The notes under the pieces are model-generated. The model did not search any database. It was not told the origin of the DNA and saw nothing but the letters and a program-made list of their open reading frames with translations. A DNA stretch of 64,000 nucleotides from the NCBI GenBank assembly GCA_008690995.1, contig VRMN01000005.1, forward strand, positions 248,001 to 312,000. The letters run 5' to 3'. Below, one piece after another: positions 62,921 to 64,000 of the stretch. How positions within the stretch are numbered: position 1 is the first letter of the stretch; each line of letters starts with the position of its first letter. A program made the translations under genes and the position numbers. The stretch comes from Porphyridium purpureum. Lineage: Eukaryota.

Positions 62921-63925
62921 CTACGCCTCGACCAATACAGCAGCTGCGCTCATATTCAATGCCTCTGGAAGTGCCTGACAATTCTTCACGCGCTCAATGT
63001 TGTTCACATTAAAAAAGTTAACCAACGCTGCCAGTTTGGGCCGCATGATGCGCAGGAACAAGCTAATTGCCTGCTTGACCAGCGCGTGGTCAGGCTCGTA
63101 CAAGCGATTCAGAAAGACCTCATCGCCAGGAACGGCAAATCTGATCTTTCCGGCTACCAAGCGCACGACCCAAGGATGCGCGTCGTGCAACGTGCGCTTG
63201 TATGCGACCTCCACCGAGTCTGGTAGCGAGGTGTTGTCCAGGAAGCGGGTCATCATGATCTCCACAAACTGAAGGCTGCGCTTCATCCAAATCAAACAAT
63301 CTGTACCTTCTCCCTTGGCATTCTCGCACTCGACCATGCGGTGTAGCGTCACGATGCCGTGTTTCACGCACGAAGCCTTTACCTTTGCCATTTGACTATT
63401 CCAGTCATTCTTGATGACGCTCAGCGCCCCGCCGAGGGCATCCACCACAATCAGGATTGACTGCATAGCTGTAATGAACTGGTCTGCAATCATATCGCCA
63501 GACTCCGTGACCTGCAGATTCCTCCACGCATCGATGATTGAAACAAACTGGTTCCCTTGCTCCTCTTCAAGCGTGCGCAGCCGAGCAATGAGAGCTTCGT
63601 CCGCCATCTCTATGGCTGATGGCAGCACTTTCTGGTCAAATTGCACCGAGAAGCGCACCGAGGGTCGAGATTCAGCGCGCAAGCCGAGTCCTGTGCTCAT
63701 CCGCTCGGGAATGCCCCTCTGCTCGGTGTCAACAAGATACACCAGTGCACTGCGCATGGTGGCCAACTCTGAGAGTTCATCATCGCCATCATCGTCGCCT
63801 TCGTCCAGATCTTGATCCTGGCCCGCCGCCGCCACCTGCTCAGCCAGCGTGCTTTGACGGACCGCATCGTCCGCGGCCGGCTGAAACGTGAGCGCCTCCC
63901 CGCCGAGCGACATGCGTTTGGACAT
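62921..63925 (-). CDS. Glycolipid transfer protein (GLTP) domain protein with acidic N-terminal region
   Basis: DALGGALSVIKND, LIWMKRSLQF, AYKRTLHDAHPWVVR and AVP..EVF. Confidence 0.88.
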   Translation of the reverse strand: MSKRMSLGGEALTFQPAADDAVRQSTLAEQVAAAGQDQDLDEGDDDGDDELSELATMRSALVYLVDTEQRGIPERMSTGLGLRAESRPSVRFSVQFDQKVLPSAIEMADEALIARLRTLEEEQGNQFVSIIDAWRNLQVTESGDMIADQFITAMQSILIVVDALGGALSVIKNDWNSQMAKVKASCVKHGIVTLHRMVECENAKGEGTDCLIWMKRSLQFVEIMMTRFLDNTSLPDSVEVAYKRTLHDAHPWVVRLVAGKIRFAVPGDEVFLNRLYEPDHALVKQAISLFLRIMRPKLAALVNFFNVNNIERVKNCQALPEALNMSAAAVLVEA

Positions 63926-64000
63926 TCCACACTGCCCCAGCGCGTAGTCCTGCGTCTTCGGCTCCAGAAACGCCGCCGCGTCAAACGTCCTTGGCTCATC

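Overview
Compact, intron-poor, fairly GC-rich eukaryotic nuclear DNA, most consistent with a unicellular red alga (Porphyridium-like). This is an inference from M-A-F-V-type plastid transit peptides and nuclear VIPP1, FBPase, PPT and ycf49-like genes. The window has three parts. (1) 1-6.3 kb: a 5'-truncated TKL kinase, a 1310-aa helical-repeat protein (possible MEI1/PRD1 homologue) and a pirin with a signal peptide. (2) About 6.3-23.5 kb: a gene-free transposon island. It holds Tc1/Tc3-like and LINE relics, an orphan heat-shock-element array with a TATA box, a multi-stop pseudogene, and one intact chromodomain-bearing Ty3/Gypsy LTR retrotransposon (11066-18300). That element has a perfect HSE in its LTRs, a classic -1 frameshift cassette, a 4-bp TSD, and an 18-bp perfect palindrome where the tRNA primer-binding site should be. 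(3) 23.6-64 kb: 19 densely packed genes, many probably plastid-targeted, including an EXD1-like/Ycf45 fusion, two VIPP1/PspA paralogues, an atypical class I aldolase, FBPase and PPT. All family calls come from reading motifs by eye; no database searches were run.
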